This document shows, in pieces, positions 5,993-14,039 of a stretch of DNA of 35,687 nucleotides. Numbering within the stretch: position 1 is the stretch's first letter; every line of letters begins with the position of its first letter. A program made the position numbers and the translations under genes. The notes beneath the pieces are model-generated. The model was not told the DNA's origin. It made no database searches and was given only the letters and a program-made list of their open reading frames with translations. Origin of the DNA: Candidatus Falkowbacteria bacterium (GTDB taxonomy: Bacteria > Patescibacteriota > Patescibacteriia > Patescibacteriales > UBA12075); assembly GCA_030600505.1 (NCBI GenBank), contig JAUVLY010000001.1, positions 1-35,687 on the forward strand. Reading direction: 5' to 3'.

Positions 5993-8512
5993 ATGAATAT
6001 GTCTTATCTAGCATATTTATTTTTTTTGGTGTTAATTGCCAGCGTATATTTATTTATTAAAGCCAGTGCTTCCAAATTAAATAAGCTTGTTTTTAGCATA
6101 TTAATATTTGTTTTGTATATTTATATTTTATTATACTTAATCGCGGATTATTTTACTGACAATGGTTTTGATAGCGCCGTCATATATCATCTTAAATATG
6201 GCTTAAGCGGAGCCGGCTTTGGTGAATACTGGAAGCTAATTTTGGCTTCTATTTTTTATATTTTATTTGGCCTGGCAGCAGCGTATTGGATATATTCAAA
6301 AAAAATTAAAACTAGATCTAAGGGGATTATTTTTGTTTACGCCGCGTATCTACTGATAATAATGGCTTTTTTATCTAACCCCCTGACAATTGATTTATAT
6401 AATTATTACCAGACCCTGCATCCGCCAGACAACATGGCTGATTTTAATGAATTTTATAAGCAGCCAAAATTGCAGCATATTGCCGATAGTAAAAATTTAG
6501 TGCTTATCTATGCCGAGGGTTTGGAGCGGACGTACTTTGACGAGGCAATTTTCCCCGGCTTAATAAAGGAGTTACGGGAACTAGAGGGCAAAAGTACATA
6601 TTTTACCAACATCAAAACTTTGGAGGGTTTTAAATCAACCATGGGCGGGGTGGTAGCCAGCCATTGTGGTATTTCCTTGTCTAGCCCGGGTGGTTTCAAT
6701 AATGTAACAGGCATGAAAGAATTTCTTCCCTCAGCCACTTGCCTGGGTGATTTACTCAAACAAGAAGATTATTATTTAACTTATTTTGGCGGCGCGGATT
6801 TAACTTTCGCCGGAAAAGGAAAATTTTACTCAACTCATAAATTCGACGAGATCTATGGTTCAAACGAACTAATGCCCAGGCTGGAAAATAGCCGTTATCA
6901 TAATCCTTGGGGGCTATATGACGATTCATTATTTGAAATTGCATATCAACGCTTTATTGAATTGTCAGCCACCGAAGAAAAGCATGCCCTTTTTCTGTTA
7001 ACCTTTGATACTCACCATCCGACCGGACACCCCTCCGGAAGCTGCCGGCAAATTAAATATAATGATGGCTCTAATCCAATTCTAAACGCGGTCGCCTGTT
7101 CAGATTATTTAATTTCCAAATTCGTTAACCAAATTTTAGCCTCTCCCTACGGCTCCGAAACTGTAGTAGTCGTAGTATCGGATCATTTAGCGATGAGAAA
7201 TACGGCCACCGAGCTTCTGCACCAAGGGGACAGAAAGAATCTTTTTATGATCATTTCACCCGGCGCAAGCGATGCCATGAAAATAGAAAACTTAGGTTCA
7301 GCCCTTGATATAGGAGCTACTATACTGCCTTTTATGGGTTATAGATCTTCTATTGGCCTGGGCCGGGATTTAATGGATGCTGGCCAAACAACATCAGAGG
7401 TTAATCTGATACATGTTAACCTGCCCTATTGGAATCAGCCAATATCCCAGTTTTGGGATTTTCCGATTATTCAGCAATCTGTAGAAATAGATATTATAAA
7501 TAACGCAATGAGCATTGACGGTAGGCCATTTCCCATTCCGGCTTTGGTACAGTTTGATGATGAGCTTCAAACATCTATAAAGTTTGGCAGTAGTGAGGAT
7601 TTATTTGACAACGCTTTATCAATAGATAAAAATACTTTTTTTCTTTTAATCGATAAATTTAAAGGCTCTGATTATTATCTAATAATTGGTAAAGGGGATA
7701 GGCAGCTCAAAAAAGATAAAATTGAAAGCAATATAAAACTGACGGTTGATGATATTATAAATATTATCGGAATTGCGCAGGGAGCGCCTCTTCCGGCAAC
7801 TAAATCAACATTTCAAGTCCATCGGGTCGCCCATGCCGGCGGAGGAATTGATGGCCGGACTTATACCAACAGTATTGACGCGCTGGATTATAATTTAAAA
7901 AATGGCTTTTCGTATTTTGAGATAGATTTTTCTTTTACTAGCGACGGACATTTAGCGTGTCTTCATGATTGGCAAGAAAACTTTGAAAAAATATTTGGAT
8001 TTGAAACAAAAAATAGCTTATCATTAGAATCGTTTAAATCCCTTGTCAATAATTCCGGGCTAAAAAACTGTACCCTTGATAGTTTGGTAGACTGGATGCA
8101 GAAGAATCCATCTTCATTCATAGTTACAGACGTTAAGGATGACAATATAAGGGCTTTGCAAATTATGGCTGAAATTGTGCCTGATTACGCTAGTAGAATA
8201 ATTCCTCAAATATATTATCCTCAAAATTATGACAAGGTTAGGGGCATGGGTTACGAGCAAATTATTTGGACTCTTTATCGTTATAATGCGACCAATAGCC
8301 ACGTCTTGTGGTGGGCTGATACTTTTAGCGGTCCATTTGCCATTACTATGCCCAGAGAACGGCTTGAAAAATTTTTAGTAAATAGCCTTAGAAAGAAACA
8401 AATACCGTTTTATGTGCATACGGTAAATACGGTTGAGGAAGAGCATGATATTATAGATGTTTACGGAGCATCAGAGATCTATACAGACTATTTACATCCC
8501 AAGTCCTATTGA
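5993..8512 (+). CDS. membrane phosphoglycerol-transferase (OpgB/LtaS-type sulfatase fold) fused to a glycerophosphodiester phosphodiesterase-like domain
   Basis: 839-aa ORF. About 5 N-terminal TM helices. LIYAEGLERTYFDE...GGVVASHCG...FDTHHPTGH resembles OpgB/MdoB. The C-terminal roughly 230 aa has HRVAHAGGG...YFEIDFSFTSDGHLACLHDW (GDPD/PLC-like TIM barrel). Confidence 0.65.
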   Translation: MNMSYLAYLFFLVLIASVYLFIKASASKLNKLVFSILIFVLYIYILLYLIADYFTDNGFDSAVIYHLKYGLSGAGFGEYWKLILASIFYILFGLAAAYWIYSKKIKTRSKGIIFVYAAYLLIIMAFLSNPLTIDLYNYYQTLHPPDNMADFNEFYKQPKLQHIADSKNLVLIYAEGLERTYFDEAIFPGLIKELRELEGKSTYFTNIKTLEGFKSTMGGVVASHCGISLSSPGGFNNVTGMKEFLPSATCLGDLLKQEDYYLTYFGGADLTFAGKGKFYSTHKFDEIYGSNELMPRLENSRYHNPWGLYDDSLFEIAYQRFIELSATEEKHALFLLTFDTHHPTGHPSGSCRQIKYNDGSNPILNAVACSDYLISKFVNQILASPYGSETVVVVVSDHLAMRNTATELLHQGDRKNLFMIISPGASDAMKIENLGSALDIGATILPFMGYRSSIGLGRDLMDAGQTTSEVNLIHVNLPYWNQPISQFWDFPIIQQSVEIDIINNAMSIDGRPFPIPALVQFDDELQTSIKFGSSEDLFDNALSIDKNTFFLLIDKFKGSDYYLIIGKGDRQLKKDKIESNIKLTVDDIINIIGIAQGAPLPATKSTFQVHRVAHAGGGIDGRTYTNSIDALDYNLKNGFSYFEIDFSFTSDGHLACLHDWQENFEKIFGFETKNSLSLESFKSLVNNSGLKNCTLDSLVDWMQKNPSSFIVTDVKDDNIRALQIMAEIVPDYASRIIPQIYYPQNYDKVRGMGYEQIIWTLYRYNATNSHVLWWADTFSGPFAITMPRERLEKFLVNSLRKKQIPFYVHTVNTVEEEHDIIDVYGASEIYTDYLHPKSY

Positions 8513-8700
8513 GGCGGATAGACAAGTTTTTTATATAGTCCCGGGCACTCGGGATTTTTTTATTTATTTGTTAATGGTTTTTTATATATGTCTGTGGTTT
8601 ATTGGCATTTTATTGATAATTTTTGACTTGACAGAAAAGGGCAAAAATGCTATTTTATTTACTTGTTCATATTAAAAAATCAAAAAAAAGGAGAGGAAAA

Positions 8701-9006
8701 ATGATTAGTCCGAAAAACTTTCGTATTAAGATGGAAGTAAAAAAATTTTCCATACCGGTACCAAAAAATGCAAAGGCAGCGGGTTATATTCACATTAGCC
8801 ATTATCACCCGTTTTTACAGGTCCTAGCTGATTTTGACCAACCAGCAACCGAGACAATAGACCTTCTTCTGCTTACTGAAGAAGAACCGGCCATTAAAGC
8901 CGAGTTAGTTATCGAAGGAAAAAATGAGTTAATTGGCTATGGAAGTGATGATCTAAAATTCATAGGTTATCATAATGGATATCATATCCTGAAAATACTA
9001 AAGTAG
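8701..9006 (+). CDS. hypothetical protein
   Basis: ATG at 8701 is preceded by AAAGGAGAGGAAAA. 101 aa. Strong terminator follows. The 8647 start offered by the ORF track lacks an RBS. Confidence 0.6.
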   Translation: MISPKNFRIKMEVKKFSIPVPKNAKAAGYIHISHYHPFLQVLADFDQPATETIDLLLLTEEEPAIKAELVIEGKNELIGYGSDDLKFIGYHNGYHILKILK

Positions 9007-9021
9007 CTTTTTTCGATTTAG

Positions 9022-9058
9022 CCGCATGTTTCTATCATAGATCATGCGGTTTTTTTTA
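9022..9058 (+). terminator. rho-independent terminator
   Basis: CCGCATG (9022-9028) pairs with CATGCGG (9043-9049), followed by a 9-T run. Confidence 0.7.
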
Positions 9059-9214
9059 TTTTTTTCAGACATAATTATTTGCCGCTACTTTGGTATTTAA
9101 GCTTTTATTTTTTGCTAATAATCAATAAGAAGGCTTGACTAAAGTTAATAAATAATATATTTTTATATTATATTTTGATCTTAAACAATATAAAGAAAAT
9201 GAAGGGAGGGAAAT

Positions 9215-10180
9215 ATGAAGAAACAACAATTAGCCGTGCCACCAGTTGCTCTCAGGCACGAAAAAGCGGTTAGAGAGATGTATAATATTTTAAGCTCGGT
9301 GCTTAAAGAGTGTGGCATAAACGAGTTAACCGAGGGCCGTTACCAGGGAAATCCGGCGCGAAGCTATGCTGTGGCCCAAGAACTGCAACAAGAATATTTA
9401 CTTAGGCTGGCCAGGCTTAAAACCGGGGACGAAATGCTTGACATCGGTTGCGGACATGGCCTTCTCTTGCAAGAGGCGAAAAGACAAGGCATTAGTGGCA
9501 AAGGAATTACTCTTTCGCAAAAGCAACTGGAAGATCATCAAGATCTTGATACCTGTCTGCTTAACTGGCGGAAAATTCCGGAAAAAATGCCTGGCTGGAA
9601 AAACCAGTTTGATGGAGTGTGTGCGATTGGTTCTTTGGAGCATTTTGTTTCTCCCCAGGAAGCGGCCGGGGGTATTAAAAACGATGTATATCTTGCCTTC
9701 TTTGAAGTTTGCCGCTGGCTACTTAAACCGGGCGGAAGATTAGTGGTTACCGCAATCCATTATTTGCCCAACATGATCCTTCGGCCAAAAATGGCGCGTA
9801 ACCAGTTCTTTGAACCTTGGCGGTGGTGTACTCCAGATTTTCATCTTGGTTCTGTGGCTTGGTTAGGAGGCGCTTATTACCCGACAGTGGGAGAGCTTGT
9901 TTCTATAGCCAAGCGGTGTGGTTTTCTACTTAACCGTGAAGAAGACGGAACTAAAGATTATTATCTGACCAGCGAAGTGTGGATAAAAAAAATAAGAAGC
10001 GCTTTGCTAAGATTGAAATTTTCAAAGGAAATTTTTAGTGGGTTTAAAAGTTACCCGCTTCATACAATTTATGGGTTTTTATGCATCGTTTTGTTCCAGT
10101 CCTGGAACTGGCAATTTCGTGATCAAAAAGGTCAGGGTCCGCCAACCCAGCTTATGCGCTACGTTTGGGAGCGTAAGTAA
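9215..10180 (+). CDS. cyclopropane-fatty-acyl-phospholipid synthase family SAM methyltransferase
   Basis: 321-aa ORF. AQELQQEYLLRLARLKTGDEMLDIGCGHGLLL...GKGITLSQKQ matches the CMAS/Cfa family layout. RBS GGGAGGG before the ATG. Confidence 0.7.
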   Translation: MKKQQLAVPPVALRHEKAVREMYNILSSVLKECGINELTEGRYQGNPARSYAVAQELQQEYLLRLARLKTGDEMLDIGCGHGLLLQEAKRQGISGKGITLSQKQLEDHQDLDTCLLNWRKIPEKMPGWKNQFDGVCAIGSLEHFVSPQEAAGGIKNDVYLAFFEVCRWLLKPGGRLVVTAIHYLPNMILRPKMARNQFFEPWRWCTPDFHLGSVAWLGGAYYPTVGELVSIAKRCGFLLNREEDGTKDYYLTSEVWIKKIRSALLRLKFSKEIFSGFKSYPLHTIYGFLCIVLFQSWNWQFRDQKGQGPPTQLMRYVWERK

Positions 10181-10210
10181 ATTTTTTAGAGACATGTTAT
10201 TATGTCTCAT

Positions 10211-10248
10211 CCTCACCCTAGCTAAGGCAAGCGGGTGGGGATTTTTTT
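10211..10248 (+). terminator. rho-independent terminator
   Basis: CCTCACCC (10211-10218) pairs with GGGTGGGG (10233-10240), then ATTTTTTT. Confidence 0.6.
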
Positions 10249-10304
10249 ATACCTTTTTTTAGTATAATTCTTGTAGTATAATGAGACTGTAGAATAATAT
10301 AGGT

Positions 10305-10961
10305 ATGAAAAACATTAAAGACAATGAGCCTTTGAGCAGCTTGACTCATTTATTTGGATTTATGCTCTCTATTGCCGGTCTGGTGCTAATGATAGTTATG
10401 GCCGTTAAATACAGTACTGCCTGGCATATAGTTTCGTTTTCTATTTTTGGAGCGAGCTTAATTTTGCTTTATTTGGCCAGCACGGTTTATCACTTTGTGC
10501 CCAAGTCCAATAAACATAAAAATACATTCCGAAGAATAGATTTGTCTTTCATATTTGTTCTGATTGCCGGCACCTATACTCCAATTGTCCTGGTCCCCTT
10601 AAGAGGAGCCTGGGGCTGGACAATTTTTGGGATTGTCTGGGGAATAGCCCTTGTTGGAGTAATTACCCAAATTTTCAAAATTAAGCTTAAGGCTTGGTCA
10701 ATGATCATCCTCTATATTTCTATGGGTTGGATTGTAATAATCGCTTTGCCGGCATTACTCGATTCATTATCTAGGGCAAGCTTTGCCTGGTTGCTCTCTG
10801 GCGGTATATTATATACGCTTGGGGTTATATTTTTGGTTTTAGACAAGGTACTGCCTCGTCATCGCTGGTTTGGTATGCACGAGATTTTCCATGTTTTCGT
10901 TTTAGCCGGAAGCTTTAGTCATTTTTGGTTAATGTATAAATATATCGTATATATCAACTAG
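10305..10961 (+). CDS. hemolysin III / PAQR family membrane protein
   Basis: 218 aa with seven predicted TM helices. SSLTHLFG near the N-terminus, STVYHF, and a C-terminal HEIFHVFVLAGSFSHF motif typical of the YqfA/HlyIII family. Confidence 0.8.
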   Translation: MKNIKDNEPLSSLTHLFGFMLSIAGLVLMIVMAVKYSTAWHIVSFSIFGASLILLYLASTVYHFVPKSNKHKNTFRRIDLSFIFVLIAGTYTPIVLVPLRGAWGWTIFGIVWGIALVGVITQIFKIKLKAWSMIILYISMGWIVIIALPALLDSLSRASFAWLLSGGILYTLGVIFLVLDKVLPRHRWFGMHEIFHVFVLAGSFSHFWLMYKYIVYIN

Positions 10962-11108
10962 AGAAGAAAAATACTTGATTTTATGTTGGGGTTTTTGTTT
11001 TAATTTATTCTGGTCTTAGTTTACGAAATAGACAAGTTAATTATTATATGCTATAAAATAATTATAATAAAAATAGATAGCCCATTCTAAAATTAAAGGA
11101 GGTTTGAT

Positions 11109-11408
11109 ATGGCCGCATTGATAATATCATTTGTTATTGGGGTTATTGGAGTTTTTCTTATCATCTATGCCTTTAGGCAGCTAGCCAAAATAAAAGTTTT
11201 CTATAAAGAAAGAAATTGGCGTTGGAGATTAATTCGTGTGATCCGTTTTGTTGTCAGTTTGGCAGTAGGTAGTATTTTTGTATTATTCTATATATTTATT
11301 CATACTGTCAAAGGAATTGACATGGAAATGATGTTGTTCTTATTTATTACGTCATTTCCGCTTGGCTTTTGTTGGGTAGCCATAGCTAACAAGGATGATT
11401 ATTGTTGA
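11109..11408 (+). CDS. small membrane protein, unknown function
   Basis: 99 aa with three hydrophobic segments. RBS AAAGGAGG before the ATG. Strong terminator follows. Confidence 0.6.
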   Translation: MAALIISFVIGVIGVFLIIYAFRQLAKIKVFYKERNWRWRLIRVIRFVVSLAVGSIFVLFYIFIHTVKGIDMEMMLFLFITSFPLGFCWVAIANKDDYC

Positions 11409-11431
11409 ATTAATAAGGTATATGCATTTGC

Positions 11432-11466
11432 AAGCCCTTCAGGGAACTGAGGGGCTTATTTTTTTT
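11432..11466 (+). terminator. rho-independent terminator
   Basis: AAGCCCTTCAG (11432-11442) pairs with CTGAGGGGCTT (11447-11457) around a GGAA loop, then a T-run (11459-11466). Confidence 0.8.
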
Positions 11467-11530
11467 ATTTATAAAATAAAACAGGCCAGTAGTGGTCTGT
11501 TTTTGGGAGAGCGAGCGTTTTTGTCCGGTC

Positions 11531-11576
11531 AAACACAAAAAAAATGCGTTGGGGTGATGTCCACCTCAACGCATTT
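11531..11576 (-). terminator. terminator of the 11599..11883 gene
   Basis: AAATGCGTTG (11542-11551) pairs with CAACGCATTT (11567-11576). On the minus strand it is followed by UUUUUUGUGU. Confidence 0.6.
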
Positions 11577-11598
11577 GTGTCCTTAATGCAGGATGTGC

Positions 11599-11883
11599 TT
11601 ATGAAATAAGTCTCTTTAAATGTTGCCCCATACCTTGGCCCAAACCGGCGCATGTATTAATTCCGCAATCAACCACGATCTGAAAGATGATTTTGTCTTC
11701 AGCCGGATCGGGGTTGTGCTCTTCGTCTGAGTAAGACACATGCATATGATCCATCCCTAATTCAACGATATTGTCGGGTTTATCAATATCGCTATTTCCC
11801 GGCTGATAAATATAAGCCCGGGTGCCGAAAAATAAAATTTTACTCTTCTCAATTAGACGCTGAAATTCAAGGTCTTCTGCCAT
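11599..11883 (-). CDS. hypothetical protein
   Basis: 94-aa ORF. AAGGAAGG lies upstream on the minus strand. Terminator downstream. No recognisable motif. Confidence 0.5.
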   Translation of the reverse strand: MAEDLEFQRLIEKSKILFFGTRAYIYQPGNSDIDKPDNIVELGMDHMHVSYSDEEHNPDPAEDKIIFQIVVDCGINTCAGLGQGMGQHLKRLIS

Positions 11884-12138
11884 GGCAATACCTTCCTTTG
11901 TTTAATGGTTAAAAGAACAAATTCCTTGCCAATACTAAGATATTATAATTCTCAATACTTTAAACTATTTTAAGATGTAAGTCAATGAATATTAGCTGAT
12001 AAAAACAATAAAACAGCCTTGAGTTCAGTTCTTGGGGCTGTTTTTTTGTATTTAAACAATCGGGTCATTTGCAGCAAATGGACCGATTATTTTATGATTG
12101 GCTTATAACCAGTCAAGAGTTATAAATATTGTGGGTGC

Positions 12139-12167
12139 TTGACAAATTTGCCAAAATGTGATATTTA
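12139..12167 (+). promoter_or_regulatory. putative promoter of 12229..12501
   Basis: TTGACA (12139-12144), 17 nt, TG-extended TATTTA (12162-12167). Confidence 0.45.
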
Positions 12168-12228
12168 TAAGATAGATTTAAAATAATAATAACAGAAAAA
12201 TAAAACTGAAAAAATAGTGGAGGGCAAA

Positions 12229-12501
12229 ATGTCAAAAAAAATTAAAAAGATAAAGAAGCAAAAAGCACAGCAGGCAAGGCTATTAAAAATTAAGAAAGAT
12301 CCTCAGGAAGAGAAGATAATAAAAATTAAGGAAACACAGGAATTGGGCAGTTGTATAGACCCGGAAATTGACAAAGCGGCTACCGCTATAGCGAATAAAG
12401 CTGTAGCGGGAGAGGGTATAGGAATTGACCACGCGGATTATCATAAAATTCATTTTAAGGCTTACGCCGATTACGTGTGTAGCTTACCACCAGCCCCTTA
12501 A
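12229..12501 (+). CDS. hypothetical Lys-rich protein
   Basis: ATG at 12229 is preceded by GGAGGG. 90 aa with a highly basic N-terminus (KKIKKIKKQK). Followed by three successive hairpins. Confidence 0.55.
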   Translation: MSKKIKKIKKQKAQQARLLKIKKDPQEEKIIKIKETQELGSCIDPEIDKAATAIANKAVAGEGIGIDHADYHKIHFKAYADYVCSLPPAP

Positions 12502-12521
12502 AAAAAATCAATTTATAACTC

Positions 12522-12558
12522 TCGTCCTGGATAAAGAGAATCCAGGACGATTTTTTTT
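12522..12558 (+). terminator. rho-independent terminator (first of three hairpins)
   Basis: TCGTCCTGGAT (12522-12532) pairs with ATCCAGGACGA (12540-12550), then an 8-T run. Further hairpins with T-runs lie at 12563-12599 and 12632-12658. Confidence 0.85.
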
Positions 12559-12669
12559 GAAAAAAGACAGCTAAGGGATTTAATCCGAAGCTGTCTTTTA
12601 AATTAAATATAAAATAAGCTAATATTTATAAAAAACTGCTAGTTTAAGCAGTTTTTTTGTTTTGTGCCA

Positions 12670-12698
12670 TTGACAAAATATTGATAATATGTTATTAT
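12670..12698 (+). promoter_or_regulatory. putative promoter of the LysM-RlpA gene
   Basis: TTGACA (12670-12675), 17 nt, TG-extended TATTAT (12693-12698). Confidence 0.45.
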
Positions 12699-12734
12699 GT
12701 TCAATTATTATAAAAAGTAAATATAATAAATATT

Positions 12735-13376
12735 ATGCTAAAAATAAATAAAAGATTGATTCAAGTCAGCCTTGTTACAGTATTTGGCGTAAGCTTAGTA
12801 TTGTTACTTGGCCAATTGGCTGCAATTAAAGTAATTGAATCTAAAAACAAGCAAAATCTTGTAGCTTCTGTTGCAACAGACGAGATTATGCCCAGAGAGA
12901 TTATTTACACAGTCCAGAAAGGTGATTCAGTTTTTCGAATCGCGCAAAAATATAAGGTTCATCGCTACCAGCTTAGAGCGTGGAATAATATAGATATTAG
13001 TAACTATATTTATCCCGGCCAGCATTTAATAATCAAGCAAGTTGATTATGAGCCAATGGAAGGCCTGGCCAGTTGGTATGGCCCGAATTTTCATGGACGA
13101 AATATGGCCAATGGGGAAGTATATGATATGCACGCTATTGTCGTGGCTCATCGTACTCTGCCTTTGGGACAGAAAGTTTTAATTACAAACCTGGAAAACG
13201 GACGCTCAATCGTCGCTCCGGTATTGGACCGCGGCCCTTATGTTAAGGATAGTCAGGGTAATTATACCCGCGAGATTGACCTTTCTTACGCGGTAGCGCA
13301 AAAGTTAGGGACAATTAAAAAAGGCGTGGTTTCCGCTCGGATTGAGCCGATAAATGAGCCTTTACCGCAGGATTAA
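12735..13376 (+). CDS. rlpA: LysM domain + RlpA-like double-psi beta-barrel (septal ring lytic transglycosylase family)
   Basis: 213 aa. N-terminal TM anchor. LysM (YTVQKGDSVFRIAQKY...YPGQHLII). DPBB core ASWYGPNFHGRNMANGEVYDMHAIVVAHRTLPLG...LDRGPY. Confidence 0.8.
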   Translation: MLKINKRLIQVSLVTVFGVSLVLLLGQLAAIKVIESKNKQNLVASVATDEIMPREIIYTVQKGDSVFRIAQKYKVHRYQLRAWNNIDISNYIYPGQHLIIKQVDYEPMEGLASWYGPNFHGRNMANGEVYDMHAIVVAHRTLPLGQKVLITNLENGRSIVAPVLDRGPYVKDSQGNYTREIDLSYAVAQKLGTIKKGVVSARIEPINEPLPQD

Positions 13377-13381
13377 TGTTG

Positions 13382-13437
13382 TTTTTGCTAGCGCAAAAAG
13401 CCGCAACCGCGAATGCGGCACATGCGAATTTAAAATT
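13382..13437 (+). repeat. two-hairpin + RCGAAT repeat, copy A
   Basis: Hairpin 1 is TTTTTGC-TAGC-GCAAAAA (13382-13399). Hairpin 2 is GCCGCA...TGCGGC (13400-13419). Then ACATGCGAAT (13420-13429) and TTAAAATT. Confidence 0.7.
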
Positions 13438-13473
13438 ATATTTTACTAAAATTATTGATTATATATATAAAAA

Positions 13474-13500
13474 ATTGCAGATTTAATCTGCAATTTTTTT
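13474..13500 (+). terminator. rho-independent terminator
   Basis: ATTGCAGAT (13474-13482) pairs with ATCTGCAAT (13486-13494), then a T-run. Confidence 0.8.
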
Positions 13501-13501
13501 A

Positions 13502-13530
13502 TTGACTTGTGTCAGCTATTTTGCTAGGAT
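13502..13530 (+). promoter_or_regulatory. promoter of 13572..13835 (paralogous to 13922-13950)
   Basis: TTGACT (13502-13507), 17 nt, TAGGAT (13525-13530). Similarity to the second copy extends about 25 nt further downstream. Confidence 0.55.
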
Positions 13531-13571
13531 GGGGGAATTAATGTAAACACAAATAATTGGGGAGGAAAATA

Positions 13572-13835
13572 ATGAAAATAGAAACTCAGATGGCGACCAT
13601 GGAAGGAAAACCGGGTGAACAAGAGGAAGCGCTATTGGCAAAATGGGACATAAAAAATGAACCAAGAAAAAGAATTGCTTGGAAAGCTAAAGTGATAGAG
13701 AGTATAGTCCATTTGCTGATTGAGCACGCTAGCCCAAAAGACTATATAAAAATAAACAAGGCAAAAGATAAAAAAAATAGGGGGGAAGCGAGCCGCAATA
13801 TAATTGCGAGAATCAGGGAGAGAGTCCAAAAATAA
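13572..13835 (+). CDS. hypothetical protein
   Basis: ATG at 13572 is preceded by GGGGAGGAAAA. 87 aa, charged, no motif recognised. Confidence 0.55.
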   Translation: MKIETQMATMEGKPGEQEEALLAKWDIKNEPRKRIAWKAKVIESIVHLLIEHASPKDYIKINKAKDKKNRGEASRNIIARIRERVQK

Positions 13836-13872
13836 AAGCGGTCTTTTAAAAAAATTGTTTATCATTTTAGAG

Positions 13873-13908
13873 CATCGTAGAGCTAAGCACTTTACGATGT
13901 TTTTGTTT
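13873..13908 (+). terminator. hairpin terminator
   Basis: CATCGTA (13873-13879) pairs with TACGATG (13893-13899), then TTTTTGTTT. Confidence 0.55.
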
Positions 13909-13921
13909 ACTTTTTTAATAT

Positions 13922-13950
13922 TTGACTTGTCTTAGTTATTTAGATAGGAT
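13922..13950 (+). promoter_or_regulatory. promoter of 14040..14561 (paralogous to 13502-13530)
   Basis: TTGACT (13922-13927), 17 nt, TAGGAT (13945-13950). Confidence 0.55.
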
Positions 13951-13979
13951 AAGATAATTAATATAAAAATAAATTTAAA

Positions 13980-14012
13980 CCCGCCTACGCATAAAGCTAC
14001 GGCGAGGCAAGC
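13980..14012 (+). repeat. short repeat also found in frame inside tatD (31770-31800)
   Basis: CCCGCCTACGCATAAAGCTACGGCGAGGCAAGC versus CCCTCCTACGC-TAAAGCTACGAAGGACAAGC. About 26 of 32 positions match by eye. Confidence 0.5.
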
Positions 14013-14039
14013 AAAAATAAAACAAAAAGGAGGCAGAGT

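Noticed and set aside
8457-8675. ORF 8457..8675 and the long version (8647 start) of the next gene.
   Set aside because: The first overlaps the 3' end of the 839-aa gene and then crosses a promoter-like region with no RBS. The downstream gene has a strong RBS only at the 8701 ATG.
9366-10262. ORFs 9366..9743 (+), 9398..9643 (-) and 10038..10262 (+).
   Set aside because: These are alternative-frame or antisense ORFs inside the CFA-synthase-like gene or across its terminator. They carry no motifs or signals.
11395-11653. ORFs 11395..11586 (+) and 11465..11653 (-).
   Set aside because: Both read straight through two terminator hairpins in the convergent intergenic region.
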